A DNA stretch of 64,000 nt from Eledone cirrhosa (lineage: Eukaryota). Shown piece by piece: positions 38,346 to 52,899 of this stretch (position 1 is the first letter of the stretch; each line of letters opens with the position of its first letter). Both the position numbers and the translations under genes were made by a program. The stretch is taken from NCBI GenBank assembly GCA_964016885.1, contig CAXHJY010000255.1:1-64000 (forward strand), read 5' to 3'. The notes beneath the pieces are model-generated. The model was not told the origin of the DNA and ran no database searches. It was given only the letters and a program-made list of their open reading frames with translations.

Positions 38346-38570
38346 TTTTACCAGGTTAAAGGTTCAGGCCTCTACAACACTTTAAACATTTGCCACACCA
38401 CATCGATCGTGCCTCGTGCTGGTTGCCTGAGAAACGATTGTAATATGTCCAATAAATTCCATTCGTCGCAACACTGATTCTCTTTTTTCTGTGATATCAT
38501 ACTCTGCTCTATGAGAGCATCGAGTGCTCATACGGCCTACCGCATATGGACGCTTTAAGCATCCAACACC

Positions 38571-38611
<41 letters not shown>

Positions 38612-38615
<4 letters not shown>

Positions 38616-38998
38616 AGGCAAGCATGCTCCATTGGATGTGCAGTGTAAATATGCGTGAACGACCCAGCATAAATGTGTTGAGAGAGAAACTGTGTCTGAG
38701 AGGGATAGAATGTAGTGTACAGGAGAGGAGACTGAGGTGGTATGGACATGTGATGCGCATGGAGGATGACCGATGGGTGAAGAAGTGCCAGGAATTGCCA
38801 GTTGAAGGAAGACGTGGTAGAGGTAGACCACGAAAAACATGGGCGGAGGTGGTGAGAACAGACCTCAGATCATTGAAGCTCACGGTGGAGATGACGAGGG
38901 ACCGTGACGAGTGGAGAGATGCTGTGCTGAATAAGACCCGTCCCACCCTTGCAAGCAGGGAAAAGCGGACGTAAAATGATGATGATGATGATGATGAT
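38612..38998 (+). mobile_element. Young 5'-truncated RTE LINE
   Basis: Intact C-terminal frame ERRLRWYGHV...GRPRKTW; (GAT)n tail; near-identical to the copies at 61387 and 62795. Confidence 0.9.
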
Positions 38999-39003
38999 GT
39001 ATA

Positions 39004-39589
39004 TCTGTATATAAATAAAGATGAGGTTTTCTGTATGTGTGTGTGGACAATGTTTAATGAGGGCTCTTATATTCTAAACCATTCATGTGATTTCTTTGAA
39101 ATTTTTTACAGAGCTTCTCCTTGCACAAAACCTGTATATGATCTACAAAGGCTTTCAAAAATCCATATTGGGGCCTTTGGAGACATGAAAAAAGTTTTGG
39201 TTATTTGTGTCAATTTTTGTGATTAAGTAAGACAAGAGTTATCTTTCGTCAATACAATAGGAACTCATTTTTGATGTTGTCAAAAATTTTGTTTGGGGAT
39301 TTTGATTATTACAATTCGGCTCATTCGGATTTTACTTTACTCTTTGTACTTGAAACAAAAGGTTTTACTGTTGTCAAAAAAATGTATACCTAGACTGGAA
39401 TTCTGTTGTTACATGGGATAACGGATGGCACAGAACTCACATATTAATTATTTCGCTGGAATAGTGCCTAAGGTTTTCATGTTTACATAAAGTACGTTTT
39501 TCTTCTATATATTCAAATTTACTTTGTTTAGTTTAATGAGCTACATCGAAAGCTACTTGAACCGTCTGAAGAATGGGTACTTTACCTAG
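39004..39589 (+). mobile_element. Non-autonomous Helitron
   Basis: A|TCTGTATATAAATAAA ... CCGTCTGAAGAATGGG subterminal hairpin ... CTAG|T; second copy at ~56312-57000. Confidence 0.7.
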
Positions 39590-39599
39590 TATATATATA

Positions 39600-40860
39600 C
39601 AGGGTGTGGACGATATTTGTTCGCAATTTTCAACTGCTAATTTTATGGAAATTTTTTTTACTTCCGTTGTCACTCTTGTCTTCATAAAAACAGTGACTTT
39701 ATTTCCATTATTTATTTTCAGAATAATTGATTATGAATAATTTTGAACCTCCAAATTTGTGGAAGAGACACAGAGTTCTTCTTGGAATCTGCGCCGGGAG
39801 GACAAATAAGGAAATTTCAGACTTTCTCAGCATCAACAGGAGAATGGTGGAAAAGGTCAGAAAGGAATTGGAAGATTCAGGATTTGACTATGAAACAACA
39901 TCAGAGAGGAAAACACATGATCAACAATCTGACGCCTTCAGAACGCCCGAGTTCGTCGCTGAAGTTCAGGATATCATCAACAATGAACCTAGCAAGTCGG
40001 TGTGTGCCATTGCAAGGAAGAAAGGCATGAATGAAAAGCACATTAGGCTGGTGGTACATGAAGACATTCACTACGTTTCATACAAGATGAGGAAAGGACA
40101 ATTTCTGTCAAAGGCGATGCAAGAAAAGCAACTGAAGCACACAAAGAAGCTGATCAACAGGACGAGAAAAACTTCTGCCAAGACCAGAAGATCAACTCCC
40201 AGAACAACAGGTGGCTCGCTGTCTCATCCAAAGATGTGCCCAGAGTCATGCAGACATAGTTTCCAGCGACAACATTGGTCTTAGGTGTTGTCAGCAGTCA
40301 AGGTGACGTCATGCCACCTCACTTCTTCCCTGAGAGCCTCAAGCTGAACACCGATGGTTACATCCACGTTCTGAGCGAGGTAGTAAAGCCCTGGATCGAC
40401 CAGGTAGCTGCAGGTAGGTACGTGTGGCAGCAAGACTCAGCGCCCTGCCATACCAGCCGAAAGACCCAAGCCTGGCTGTCAGAGAACTTCGTCGACCACA
40501 CTTCACCTGACATCTGGCCTCCCAGCTCGCCTGACTGTAACCCCCTTGACTTCTTTGTGTGGGGCGCAGTGGAATGAGACACCAACAGATCTAGCTGCAA
40601 TACAAAAGACGATCTAAAGGCCAGGATCACAAGTGCCTTTAGGGGCCTAAGTCGGGGGACAGTGACGAAGGCCTGTAGTCAGTTCTGAGGCCGCCTTGAG
40701 GCCATCATCAAAGCCAATGGCGGGTTTATCGAGTGAGATCGAAAGAACAAGTCATGAAGACAAACTGACCCAAGTTTGATAAATATATCTTAAAAAATAA
40801 AACTACTGTGTTATTTTTTCCTAGACAGTAATCTTGCGAACAAATATCATCCGTACCCTG
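39600..40860 (+). mobile_element. maT (DD37D) Tc1/mariner transposon, disrupted transposase
   Basis: TA|CAGGGTGTGGACGATATTTGTTCGCAA ... TTGCGAACAAATATCATCCGTACCCTG|TA; DEKNF motif; 37 residues between QQD and the D of NPLD; frameshifts and stops. Confidence 0.9.
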
Positions 40861-41343
40861 TATATTTATATATATAGTTTGGTTGACAATTATACTAATA
40901 TGCACAGACACACAGATATATTGTCCTTGGTATGACAGTGTGGTTTTAGCTCAATGTAGGATAACCAGTATACTACAGAGCCGTTATTAAAAAATTACGT
41001 CAAAAGTTAACCAACTTTTCTGTTTACTGACCCCTGCTTACAACCTTTCATACTCTGCCTGTAAATCATGTACTTGCACTGCTTGTGAATTGATGTGTCT
41101 ATGTTTGGTTTGTTTTTTGATCATGCTGAGTGACACCCTCATTCATTTCTTGCTCTCCTCTCTCAACCTCCTTATGATCTATTGCACCATTTACGTGATA
41201 AACTTTTGACGTAATTTTTTATGATGTAATATTTTGTGACATTATATGTATCATGTATTGTGTGCCCCCCTACTTGTCCTTCTTCCTTGTTCTGGTGACT
41301 AGGCTCGATGGAGCCTGCAACCTTTCATATACTTTTGTTTATA

Positions 41344-41389
41344 GGCTCTGATGATTCCTGCCCTAGGGTATCGATGAAACACTGTTAGC
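41344..41389 (+). ncRNA. Degenerate minimal hammerhead in Penelope-like terminus (family C)
   Basis: GCU-CUGAUGA-imperfect stem II-GAAA-CACUG-UU-AGC, followed by AATAAA; downstream sequence resembles the 45-kb copy. Confidence 0.45.
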
Positions 41390-41527
41390 AAATAAAACAA
41401 TGTATTCTAAGCACTCTTTGGTTATTCCCAAAAGGTAAACAGAAATAACAACACAATCGGTACAGTATATGGAAAGGATATATTAGGTTAATGCTTGATA
41501 TAGCAGGAACATTTATTATTATCAATA

Positions 41528-42771
41528 AATATATATATAATATATATATATAATATATATATAATATATATATATTATATATAAATATAATATATATATA
41601 TCATATATATATATTATATATATATATATAATATATATATATATTATATATATATATATATAATATATATATATATTATATATATATATATTATATATAT
41701 ATATAATATATATATATATATTATATATATATATAATATATATATATCATATATATAATATATATATATTATATATATATATATAATATATATATATATT
41801 ATATATATATATAATATATATATATTATATATATATATATAATATATATATATTATATATATATATAATATATATATATTATATATATATATATAATATA
41901 TATATATTATATAATATATATATATTATATATATATATAATATATATATATATTATATATATATATAATATATATATATTATATATATAATATATATATA
42001 TTATATATATATATAATATATATATATTATATATATAATATATATATATTATATATAATATATATATATATTATATATATATATAATATATATATATTAT
42101 ATATATATATATAATATATATATATTATATAATATATATATATTATATATATATATAATATATATATATATTATATATATATATAATATATATATATTAT
42201 ATATATAATATATATATATTATATATATATATAATATATATATATTATATATATAATATATATATATTATATATAATATATATATATATTATATATATAT
42301 ATAATATATATATATTATATATATATATATAATATATATATATTATATAATATATATATATTATATATATATATAATATATATATATATTATATATATAT
42401 AATAATATATATATATTATATATATATATATAATAAATATATATATTATATATATATATAATATATATATATATTATATATATATTATATATATATTATA
42501 TATATATAATATATATATATTATATATATATATTATATATATATTATATATATTATATATATATATTATATATATATATTATATATATATATAATATATA
42601 TATATTATATATATATATAATATATATATATATTATATATATATATAATATATATATATATTATATATATATAATATATATATATTATATATATATAATA
42701 TTTATATATAATATAAATATATATATATATATATAATATATATATATAATATATAATATATATATATATAA

Positions 42772-42815
<44 letters not shown>

Positions 42816-42978
42816 TATATTTATTATATATATTTTATATATAAATAATATATATATATATTATATATATATATATATATATTTATTATATATATTTTAT
42901 ATATAAATAATATATATATATATTATATATATATATATATATTATATATATATATTATATATATTTTATATATAAATA

Positions 42979-43009
<31 letters not shown>

Positions 43010-43034
43010 ATTATATATATTTTATATATAAATA

Positions 43035-43065
<31 letters not shown>

Positions 43066-43207
43066 ATTATATATATTTTATATATTTTATATATAAATAA
43101 TATATATATATAATATATATATATATTATATATATAAATATGATATATATATATATAATATATATATATAATATAATATATATATATATGATATATATAT
43201 ATATAAT

Positions 43208-43239
<32 letters not shown>

Positions 43240-43705
43240 ATATATATATATATTATATATATAAATATGATATATATATATATATATAATATATATATAT
43301 ATAATATATATATATAATATATATATATAATATATATATATATATAATATATATATATATAATATATATATATAATATATATATATATATAATATATATA
43401 TATAATATATATATTATATATATAATATATATAATATATATATTATATATATAATATATATATATATAATATATATATATAATATATATATATAATATAT
43501 ATATTATATATATATATATATATAATATATATATATAATATATATATATAATATATATATATATAATATATATAATATATTATATATATAATATATTATA
43601 TATATCGTCCCACCCTTGCAAGCAGGGAAAAGCGGACGTAAAATGATGATGATGATGATGATGATGAATATATATATATATATTATATATATATTATATA
43701 TATAT
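41528..43705. repeat. ~2.1-kb (TA)n-derived tract
   Basis: Direct inspection. Confidence 0.95.
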
Positions 43706-44080
43706 TTAGGGTACAACTATGTACCCTAAATGTTGTAAATGACTAGGATTCTAGTTACACGTTTTCGACATTCCCTATGCTCCGATCATTCCAGACTTCT
43801 CTCTGGAAGAAACAATTGTCAGCAAATAAATGTTCTAAACTAAAAGTTGATAGTCTTAACACTTTGTATTTCGGCTCTGTAAAACACTTGAAAATTTGCA
43901 TTGAGCCTTTTGTCATACCAGTAACCGGCTAGTACCTAGTAGTATCCTACATATTTATAGTTATATCAAACATATATCAATCTAGATATAAATATTACTA
44001 TATATAATATATATATATTATATATATATATAATATATATTATATATATTTGTAATATATATATATAAATAATATATATA

Positions 44081-44372
44081 AGGTTATGAGTTCAATTCTC
44101 AGACCGGGTGATGTGTTGTTTCCTTGAGCAAGACACTTAATTTCACATTGCTCTAGTTTACTTAGCTGTAGAAATGAGATGATAGGACAGGGTCCCTATC
44201 ATTCCACTGTAAAGTGGTCGTGGAGGTGTCACGGCAAAAAGCACCCAGCACTCATTGTAAATGAGGTTGGTGTTAGGAAGGGCATCCAGCTGTAGAAATC
44301 AAGCCAGAATCAGTTCCCGTCCCACCCTTGCAAGCAGGGAAAAAGCGGACGTAAAATGAAATGATGAAAATG
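44081..44372 (+). mobile_element. 5'-truncated CORE-SINE
   Basis: Family match from AGGTTATGAGTTC onward. Confidence 0.85.
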
Positions 44373-44397
44373 ATATAATATAAATATAATATACAAT

Positions 44398-44810
44398 GAT
44401 ATTAAATAAATGGAAACTATATTTATAAAAGCATATTTATTCTATTATATATATTTCAAAAATTTGGTATGCTATCATCAGATAAAATACAAAATGTTTT
44501 ATAAATATTTGACATGACCAGGGATAACTTAAACCGGGATAACTTTCCAGGGATAACTTGAACCGTTAAGGTATATTATCCTTGCACATGTCAAATATTT
44601 ATAAAACATTTTGTATTTTATCTGATGATAGCGTACCAAAATTGTTGGTACCCTTGAAATATAGATAATAGAATAGATATGGTTTTATAAATATAGTTTC
44701 CATTTATTTAATATCATTGAATACTTACTCCAGAAAACTGTTGAGTGCTTTGAATCAGTTGTAAACATCTATATTTGTTGGATTTCCAACAAATTAAATA
44801 TCTCTTCTAC
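44398..44810. mobile_element. Penelope-like terminus (family A) with inverted duplicate
   Basis: 44398-44516 is an inverted copy of ~44587-44716; hammerhead at 44614-44675 (+), and the inverted copy has a stem II deletion. Confidence 0.7.
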
Positions 44811-45019
44811 ATATATATATATAATATATATATATATATAATATATATATATATAATATATATAAATATAATATATATATTATCCCACACTTGCAAGCAG
44901 GGAAAAGCGTACGTAAAATGATGATGATGATGATGATGAAATATAATATATATATATATATTATAAAAATTATAAAAAATAAACCAAAGAAGCCTTCAAT
45001 ACATCAAAAGTCTTTATTA

Positions 45020-45057
45020 GCCAACAATGTTTCGTCCTATTAAGGACTCATCAGGGC
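45020..45057 (-). ncRNA. Minimal type I hammerhead ribozyme (family C terminus, ~44965-45160)
   Basis: GCC-CUGAUGA-GUCCU-UAAU-AGGAC-GAAA-CAUUG-UU-GGC, followed by AAUAAA. Confidence 0.75.
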
Positions 45058-45192
45058 AAGTAAAGCTACAAGAAGCACTATCGGCCAATACAAGCCAAAA
45101 ACTCAGAAGAATATGGAGTATACATCTATTAAAGCTTAGGAAAGATATCATATATTAATTCTTATATATATACATATATATACATATAATAT

Positions 45193-45489
45193 ATCATCAT
45201 CATTTCATTTTACGTCCGCTTTTTCCCTGCTTGCAAGGGTGGGACGGGAACTGATTCTGGCTTGATTTCTACAGCTGGATGCCCTTCCTAACACCAACCT
45301 CATTTACAGTGAGTGCTGGGTGCTTTTTTTTGTCATGGCACCTCCACGACCACTTTACAGTGGAATGATATGGACCCCAGTCCCTATCATCTCATTTCTA
45401 CAGCTGAGTAAACTGGAGCAATGAGAAATAAAGTGTCTTGCTCAAGGAAACAACACATTACCCGGTCTGAGAATTGAACTCACAACCTT
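45193..45489 (-). mobile_element. 5'-truncated CORE-SINE
   Basis: Inverted relative to 44081-44372, with the same truncation point. Confidence 0.85.
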
Positions 45490-45613
45490 ATATATATATA
45501 ACAAAGGAATTGTGGTAAGGAACCAGATGGACCATAACGCACCAGAGTACTCAATACTTAGGGTAGTAGAGTGGGAAATATATATATATAATATATATAT
45601 ACATATATATATA

Positions 45614-45837
45614 TTTTTTCATTACGATCGACTTTCGTCAAATTGGACCGAGGAAACAATGTTTCCGTTGGTCTTTCCAATTGCTATTACTATCTATCGG
45701 TCGCAACTCCAGGTAGAAGGAGCAACGTGAAATAAAGTGTCTTGCTCAAGGACATAACGCATCGCCCGGTCCAGGAATCGAACTCACAACCTCACGATTG
45801 CGAATCCAATTCTCTAACCACTCAGCCATACGCCTTC
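45614..45837 (-). mobile_element. tRNA-derived CORE-SINE with a different 3' tail
   Basis: A/B boxes (TGGCTGAGTGG, GAGTTCGATTCC) and CCTTGAGCAAGACACTT, then an unrelated tail ending in an A-run. Confidence 0.7.
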
Positions 45838-45839
45838 AC

Positions 45840-46757
<918 letters not shown>

Positions 46758-46888
46758 GTAGAAGTTCTATTTAAATTGTTGGGATACAACAAGCAAATAT
46801 TTTTATAACTGATATAAAGCACTCAACAAATCATTGGAGTAAAAATCCGATATTAACAAATGGAAACTATATTTATAAAAACCATATT

Positions 46889-46953
46889 TATTTCATTATA
46901 CATATTTCAAGGACACCAAGTTAAATTATGGTGCGCTTTCATCAGATAAAATA
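46889..46953 (-). ncRNA. Minimal type I hammerhead ribozyme
   Basis: UAUUUUAU-CUGAUGA-AAG(C)GCACCA..UGGUGU(C)CUU-GAAA-UAUGUA-UA-AUGAAAUA. Confidence 0.75.
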
Positions 46954-47978
46954 TAATATAGATCAGTTTTATAAATAAATATTGACATACCCTTAAAGAA
47001 TGCGACCATTACTGTTGGGAGCTCCCGGATAGTGGGGTTACTAAATTTATTTAGTCTATTATGCAAATTAGTGTCGGATATGTTTAAATCACAGTAGATT
47101 TAAAATAAGCCATTGGGGTATGGAAAAGGGGAAAGAAAAGAAAGAGAAAAAAGAGAAAAAAGAGTCAACTCTAAGAGGAAAATAAGAAAACAAGAGAAAG
47201 AGAAAGAGAAGAAAAGAGAAAGAGAAAGCCCTAAGTGATAGGTTGTTGTATTAGCGTAACTTTTAAGATGAAGTGAAAAAATAAATATTTATTGGATGAG
47301 TTAGGAAGAGTAAATAAGCGTGAATAGAAAATAAATAAATAATAATAACTGGAGAATTTTAACCAGTGTTTAAATATGATTAAATGTTTAGTTTAACAAT
47401 TAAATTATCAATTAAATTATTGAGATCTATATATTATTAAAACTATATATTATTAAAAGAATATATTCATATATATACATATGCACATATATATATATAT
47501 ACACATATATATATATATATATATATAAGCATATATATATATATACATACACATACATATATATACATACAATAAAAGATTTTTTATGTTTAAGATATAG
47601 GAATTTTTCTAAACTTATAGATTTTTCGGAGAAATCTGAGAAAAAATCTGAGAAAAATCATTTCTATGTAATAGCAAAACAGCGTGAAGGAAATTAAGTT
47701 ATTTACTTATATTAAATGCTATAAATGTTAAGATAATAAAGGAAATTTAAGATTATACAAACCTTATATTATTTAATAGTAAGTTATAATTTTATAAATT
47801 TTATATCTAATAAATCCACCTGTTATGTAGTTGTGACTGTTATTATATAAGTTTGTTTAGCATAAACTGTAAGAAATCCTTTATAACAGAGTGCATTCGA
47901 ATTGTATGTATATATACATATACACAGCCCCTACATAGATACACATACATATATATACACATACCAGTAGACATGCAT

Positions 47979-48024
<46 letters not shown>

Positions 48025-48276
48025 AAGAGAGAGAGAGAGAGATAAATATAAAGTACATAGTATAATTAAAGTACATAATATATAAAATAAAATAAAAATG
48101 AATTATAGTTTTAAAAGGAATTACGATTTGGAAATATATATTATACAATTTTAAGCAATATAACTTTAAAGCAATATAATTTTAAAAAATATTAAAAATA
48201 TTTTAAGATATAATTTTAAAATAAGAATATGTCTAAAAAATTCAGTATAAAAATGAATTTTAATTTTTTTAATATA

Positions 48277-48467
48277 TAATTGTTTCTACTTTAGGCACAC
48301 GGCCAGCAATTACCCAGTGCATTACTGGTACTTTTATTTTATCGACCCCGTAAGGATGAAAGGCAAAGTTAACCTCGGCGGGATTTGAACTCAGTCCATA
48401 AAGAGACGTAAATATGCTGCAAAGCATGGCGTCCGACCCTCTACCGATACTGCCAATCCACCGCCCT
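48277..48467 (-). mobile_element. Meta-domain SINE
   Basis: Family consensus match. Confidence 0.8.
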
Positions 48468-48904
48468 TTTAATATATAATATTTAACTCTCAGTATGTTT
48501 AACTTAATTTTTATAACCATATGAGAAATTTTCAAAGAAAAAGAAAGAGAAACTTTCAAAAATAGGAGAAACTTTCAAAGAAAATATTTTCCCCTTTTAA
48601 GAGCTTTCAGTATGTTTATCTAGAAAAACTTTCTAGGAAAATTTTTTTTTATAATGAGAGTTTTATGCAGTCAAATGAAGGAATCTAATGATTTATCGGT
48701 AGGTTCAATATATTTAATAGAATGAGTTATATATTACATTTTAAATTTATATTTAAGCGTTGAATTCAATCTATGTTTGCAGCAACTGAAAAGATTGCTT
48801 CTTACGTTCAGGGAATTTTTGAAAAAGAGAGAGAGAAAAAGAAAGAAGAAAAAAGAAAAGAGAAAAAATAAAAAATAAAAAAGATAAAGAAAAAATAATA
48901 AATA

Positions 48905-49093
48905 AATAATTGTTTCTACTTTAGGCACAAGGCCAGCAATTACCCAGTGCATTACTGGTACTTTATTTTATCGACCCCGTAAGGATGAAAGGCAAAGTCA
49001 ACCTCGGCGGGATTTGAACTCAGATCGTAAAGGGACGGAACTATGCTGGAAAGCATGGCGTCCGACCCTCTACCGATACTGCCAATCAACCAC
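48905..49093 (-). mobile_element. Meta-domain SINE
   Basis: Family consensus match; AATAAATAAATAAT direct repeats on both flanks. Confidence 0.8.
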
Positions 49094-52000
49094 CAATAAA
49101 TAAATAATAATAAATAAGTTAGAATCAAGATGGTAAAAATAAATTTTAAAATGTATATGTGTGCAAAGAAAAGTGAACATAATATGGTTGTTGAAAATAG
49201 GTGTGGCGTTATTGGTTAAAATATAAAGATGTGATGGTATAAACATGAAAATACTAAATATATACATATATGTATTGATTAAATTAATAAATTAATAAAT
49301 TGGAAGTTATGTTAGAAGTGAAGAGAATACGATAGGATATAATGTAAGAGGTGAAATAGATTTAGGGAAAGAGAGTGAAAGACAGAAAAATTAGGAGGTT
49401 GTGATGTTGATTCAGTGATTAGTTGATCTATTGACAGTTAATAATAGTGGGTTATTATAATAGACTTTAAGTGGTTCAGCTTGAATTATGGAATTGTTGG
49501 ATCGAATCAAGTTGGTTTGAAATTATCAAATTTAGCTGTTTTATGTCTACAGAAAATTGACTGTTCAATTTTGCTGTTAAGCAGCATTTTGTCATATTTT
49601 AAAATATGGAGCAACTCCATATTGCAAAGTCCACAGTGGGAGATTCCATTTCTGTAGGCCTTTGCCCCTGACAGTTTCGACCAGCTAATCCAGTATTCTT
49701 GGTTTGTATCTTTAAGCTGCCAGATTTCATTGGCCAGCGTTGTTGTGTTCATTAGTTTATGGTTCTTTATAGAGTGTCTGTGGACGTACCATCTTTTTTG
49801 TAACTCCCCTGCCGTAGAATCTATGTATTGCCATGCTAATTGCCTGAATTTATAGTACACAATATTTGACTCCAGGCATCTATTTTGTAGTGGGCACTTA
49901 TCCGGTAAGTGACAGTTACATTTGGAGGCCTTCCTATGTCCTGGTTCAACGATGCAGTTTTGTATGTTGTTATGTATGGGCTGAGATTTGGGTTTGTTGA
50001 TGTATTGTTGTGATGTGTTCTGACGTGTGTGAGGTTGTGATGGTGTTATGTGTTTTTGTGTTTTGTATTTGGTGTTATGGTGTTTGTTTGTAGGTTATTT
50101 TCATTAGAGATTCTTTTATAGTTAATTTTAGTATGTGTGATTCTATGTTGGTTGCAGTAGAGTATGATAGTTTGATAGTATTTCTATTAAAGATTTTATG
50201 GTATTTGTGAAATTTAGGGAAGTGTTTGTCAATTAATTTAAAGAATGTAGAAGGTAGTTTGGTTTTTATAGAGGAGTTAAATATTGGATTGAACCATAAG
50301 TATTTCCTATCTCTGGATTTTCTATAGTTCCTAGGGGTCCTTATATTAGTATTTGGTTCATTTATTTCTGGTGTTCGTTGTCTATTTCTATGTTTAGTCC
50401 TATATTTGTTATTTCTATAGGTGTGGGTGGTGTTATTGCTGTTAAGTGTGTTGTTGTTTGTATCTGGTATGTATTTGAGCCTCTCTTTGTGGCCTGCCTT
50501 AAGTAAAGCTATGTTGTAGTAGTTCACGCGTTCATTAAAAATCTCTAGGTTAGAAGATAAGCGTGAAATTCTAAGGGATATACTATGTGCTATGGAGTTT
50601 TTATGGAGCGAGGGTGGTTTTAGTTATAACTAATGTAGGCTAGATTTTCGTTATTTTTATGGAAGGGCTGTATTAGTCCTGTGTTTAGGTTGAGTGATAC
50701 ATCTAAGAAGTTAGCTTTTTTAGAGTTGAGTTCAGAAGTGATACTTAGGCCTAGTTTATTGAAGAAGGTTCTAATCTTTTATAAATTCCTCCCTGGAGGT
50801 TATCAAATTCCTTATGTAAGATATATATTCCAACCATGTCTGTTACTTGAGCTGAGTCGTTAGATCCCATAATGATATCAAAGCTATTCTGTCTGTTTTT
50901 TTCTTTCCCAGTAACTATTATCGAACCTAATGATAGTTCTTCTAGCAGCTAATAGTATTTTAATTTTATCTGGTGATAGGTCAGAGTTTTTTTGTGCAAA
51001 GGTTAGTGCCTTATTTTGGGTGACTGGGGAAATAGAAGAGTAGTAGTCATTGATGTCAAACTGTATGAAGTCGGATGTTTCCTTATTGTTTAATTCGCTA
51101 AACCAATCTATTGCTTCATTAGTGTTACCCCAAAGCTTAATTATTAGTTTTTCTTTAATTTGTGGTATTATTCTATCTAGTATATACTTGCTAATTCTAC
51201 CTATATCCGATTTTGATGGGCATATTAATCTAATAGTAGGGTCAGTTTCGAAGTTGCATTTATGATCTTTAAGATTAAAAGTGGGTTTACAAGGGATTAG
51301 AGGTTCGGTTTTATCAGATATTTTCAGTTTTTTTACTATGTCCTTCCTTATTAATATTAGTGAGTGTAGACTCTGCAGTTTTCTTGTATTTTTTGTGTAA
51401 TTCCTGGCGTATGAATTTGTTGTATGTATTAAGGCTCATGGTGTATTCCTTTGATGTTTTGTCTGCCTTTACTATAATACTGTTGGTGTTACGCAATTTT
51501 TTTAGTAGTGTATTGATGTCGTTTTGCAGCTTGTTGTGATGTGTCCATTTTTTGAATTTGGTTCCGTTTATCAGGTTCATGAGGTCAAGTTCAAAGGCAT
51601 CAAGGTGGGGTCTGTTCGGTGGATTTTTGCAGAATTTGAACCCATATTTTTCACTGGTAAATTCCTCATTCTTATTATTAGTATGTCCTTTATCGTAATG
51701 ATATGCTTTCCATCAGATTCGACGGATAAAGTCATTAGTTCGTTGTATCATACCGAGTGTATAAGCCCTATTTGTAGAATACGTATGTTTTTTAAGGACA
51801 TGCCTATGTGGTGTCTTTCCATGTTAGTGCCATGCGTTAAGGTTGTTGCTCAACCTAGTCGGAGCTTGGTATATGGGATAACAAATTATCGTTATAGGTA
51901 ATCCAGTTAGAGGTTGTGAATACTCCGTATTCTGGATAGTTTTAGCGTACAGCGTTGTTTGACTCAACAAGAGGTTTCCTTGGGTGGCGAGTTTATGAGT

Positions 52001-52127
52001 TCTCTTGCATTCCTATGTAAGTTTATCTTCGAGTAATAAAAGTTAAAGAATGAAGAATATATATATATATTTATATATATATTCATAAAATAAAAAATTC
52101 TCTCTACATGGCTGAATACAATAAATG

Positions 52128-52178
<51 letters not shown>

Positions 52179-52498
52179 CATACAAGAAAGTAGTACAGCA
52201 TAATCGGAGCTCTGGTTGCGGGTATATGTATATATACATATATATATACACATATATATATACACACATATATATATATATACACACATATATATATATA
52301 CACACATATATATATATATATATATATCATCATCACTGTTTTACGTCCGTTCTTCCACACTAGCATGGGTTAGACGGGTTGACCTGTTGTGAGCAGTAGC
52401 CGGTCGGCTGACCTTGCCTTGTTCATACGAGAACTGATTCTGGCTTGATTTCTACAGCTGGATGCCCTTCCTAACACCAACCTCATTTACAGTGAGTG

Positions 52499-52559
<61 letters not shown>

Positions 52560-52754
52560 TCAGAGCAAACAGCACGGACACTCTATCTCAAAATTATTTT
52601 TGAAAAGCATTTAGAAATGCGCAACCGGTAAAAACTTAAAAACTTTAAACCACAACTGAATACTAACCCATACAATCACTAATACTCTTTTATTCCTAAT
52701 TAAACCATTTTTCAACTGTGAACAATTTGTCAGCATTTTCTATTCCGTTTACCA

Positions 52755-52794
<40 letters not shown>

Positions 52795-52899
52795 GTATGT
52801 ATAAATATATATATATTTATATATATATATATATATATATATAAGTGTATATATATATGGAGATAACGATAATATATATATGAAATATATAAAACCATA

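Larger units (their letters stand above)
46758..52120 (-). mobile_element. Penelope-like element (Naiad-type), disrupted RT + C-terminal GIY-YIG, putative long 3' region
   Basis: KADKT, LKDHK, RLICPSKSDIGRISK, FIQFDINDYYSSI, WFNP..KHFP..KIFNRNTIKLSYS, CNCHLPDKCPL..C, IVY..YID, CGLC, LLN..E..CRH. Attachment of the 46758-47030 terminus is inferred from orientation. Confidence 0.8.

Noticed and set aside
38500-38545. Possible decayed hammerhead (GAGCA-TCGAG-TGCTC hairpin); similar remnant at ~640-670
   Set aside because: Both core motifs are too degenerate to support.
49507-49925. Selenocysteine-encoding Naiad (UGA at Cys positions)
   Set aside because: The conserved cysteines of the zinc-finger/GIY-YIG region use TGT/TGC here.
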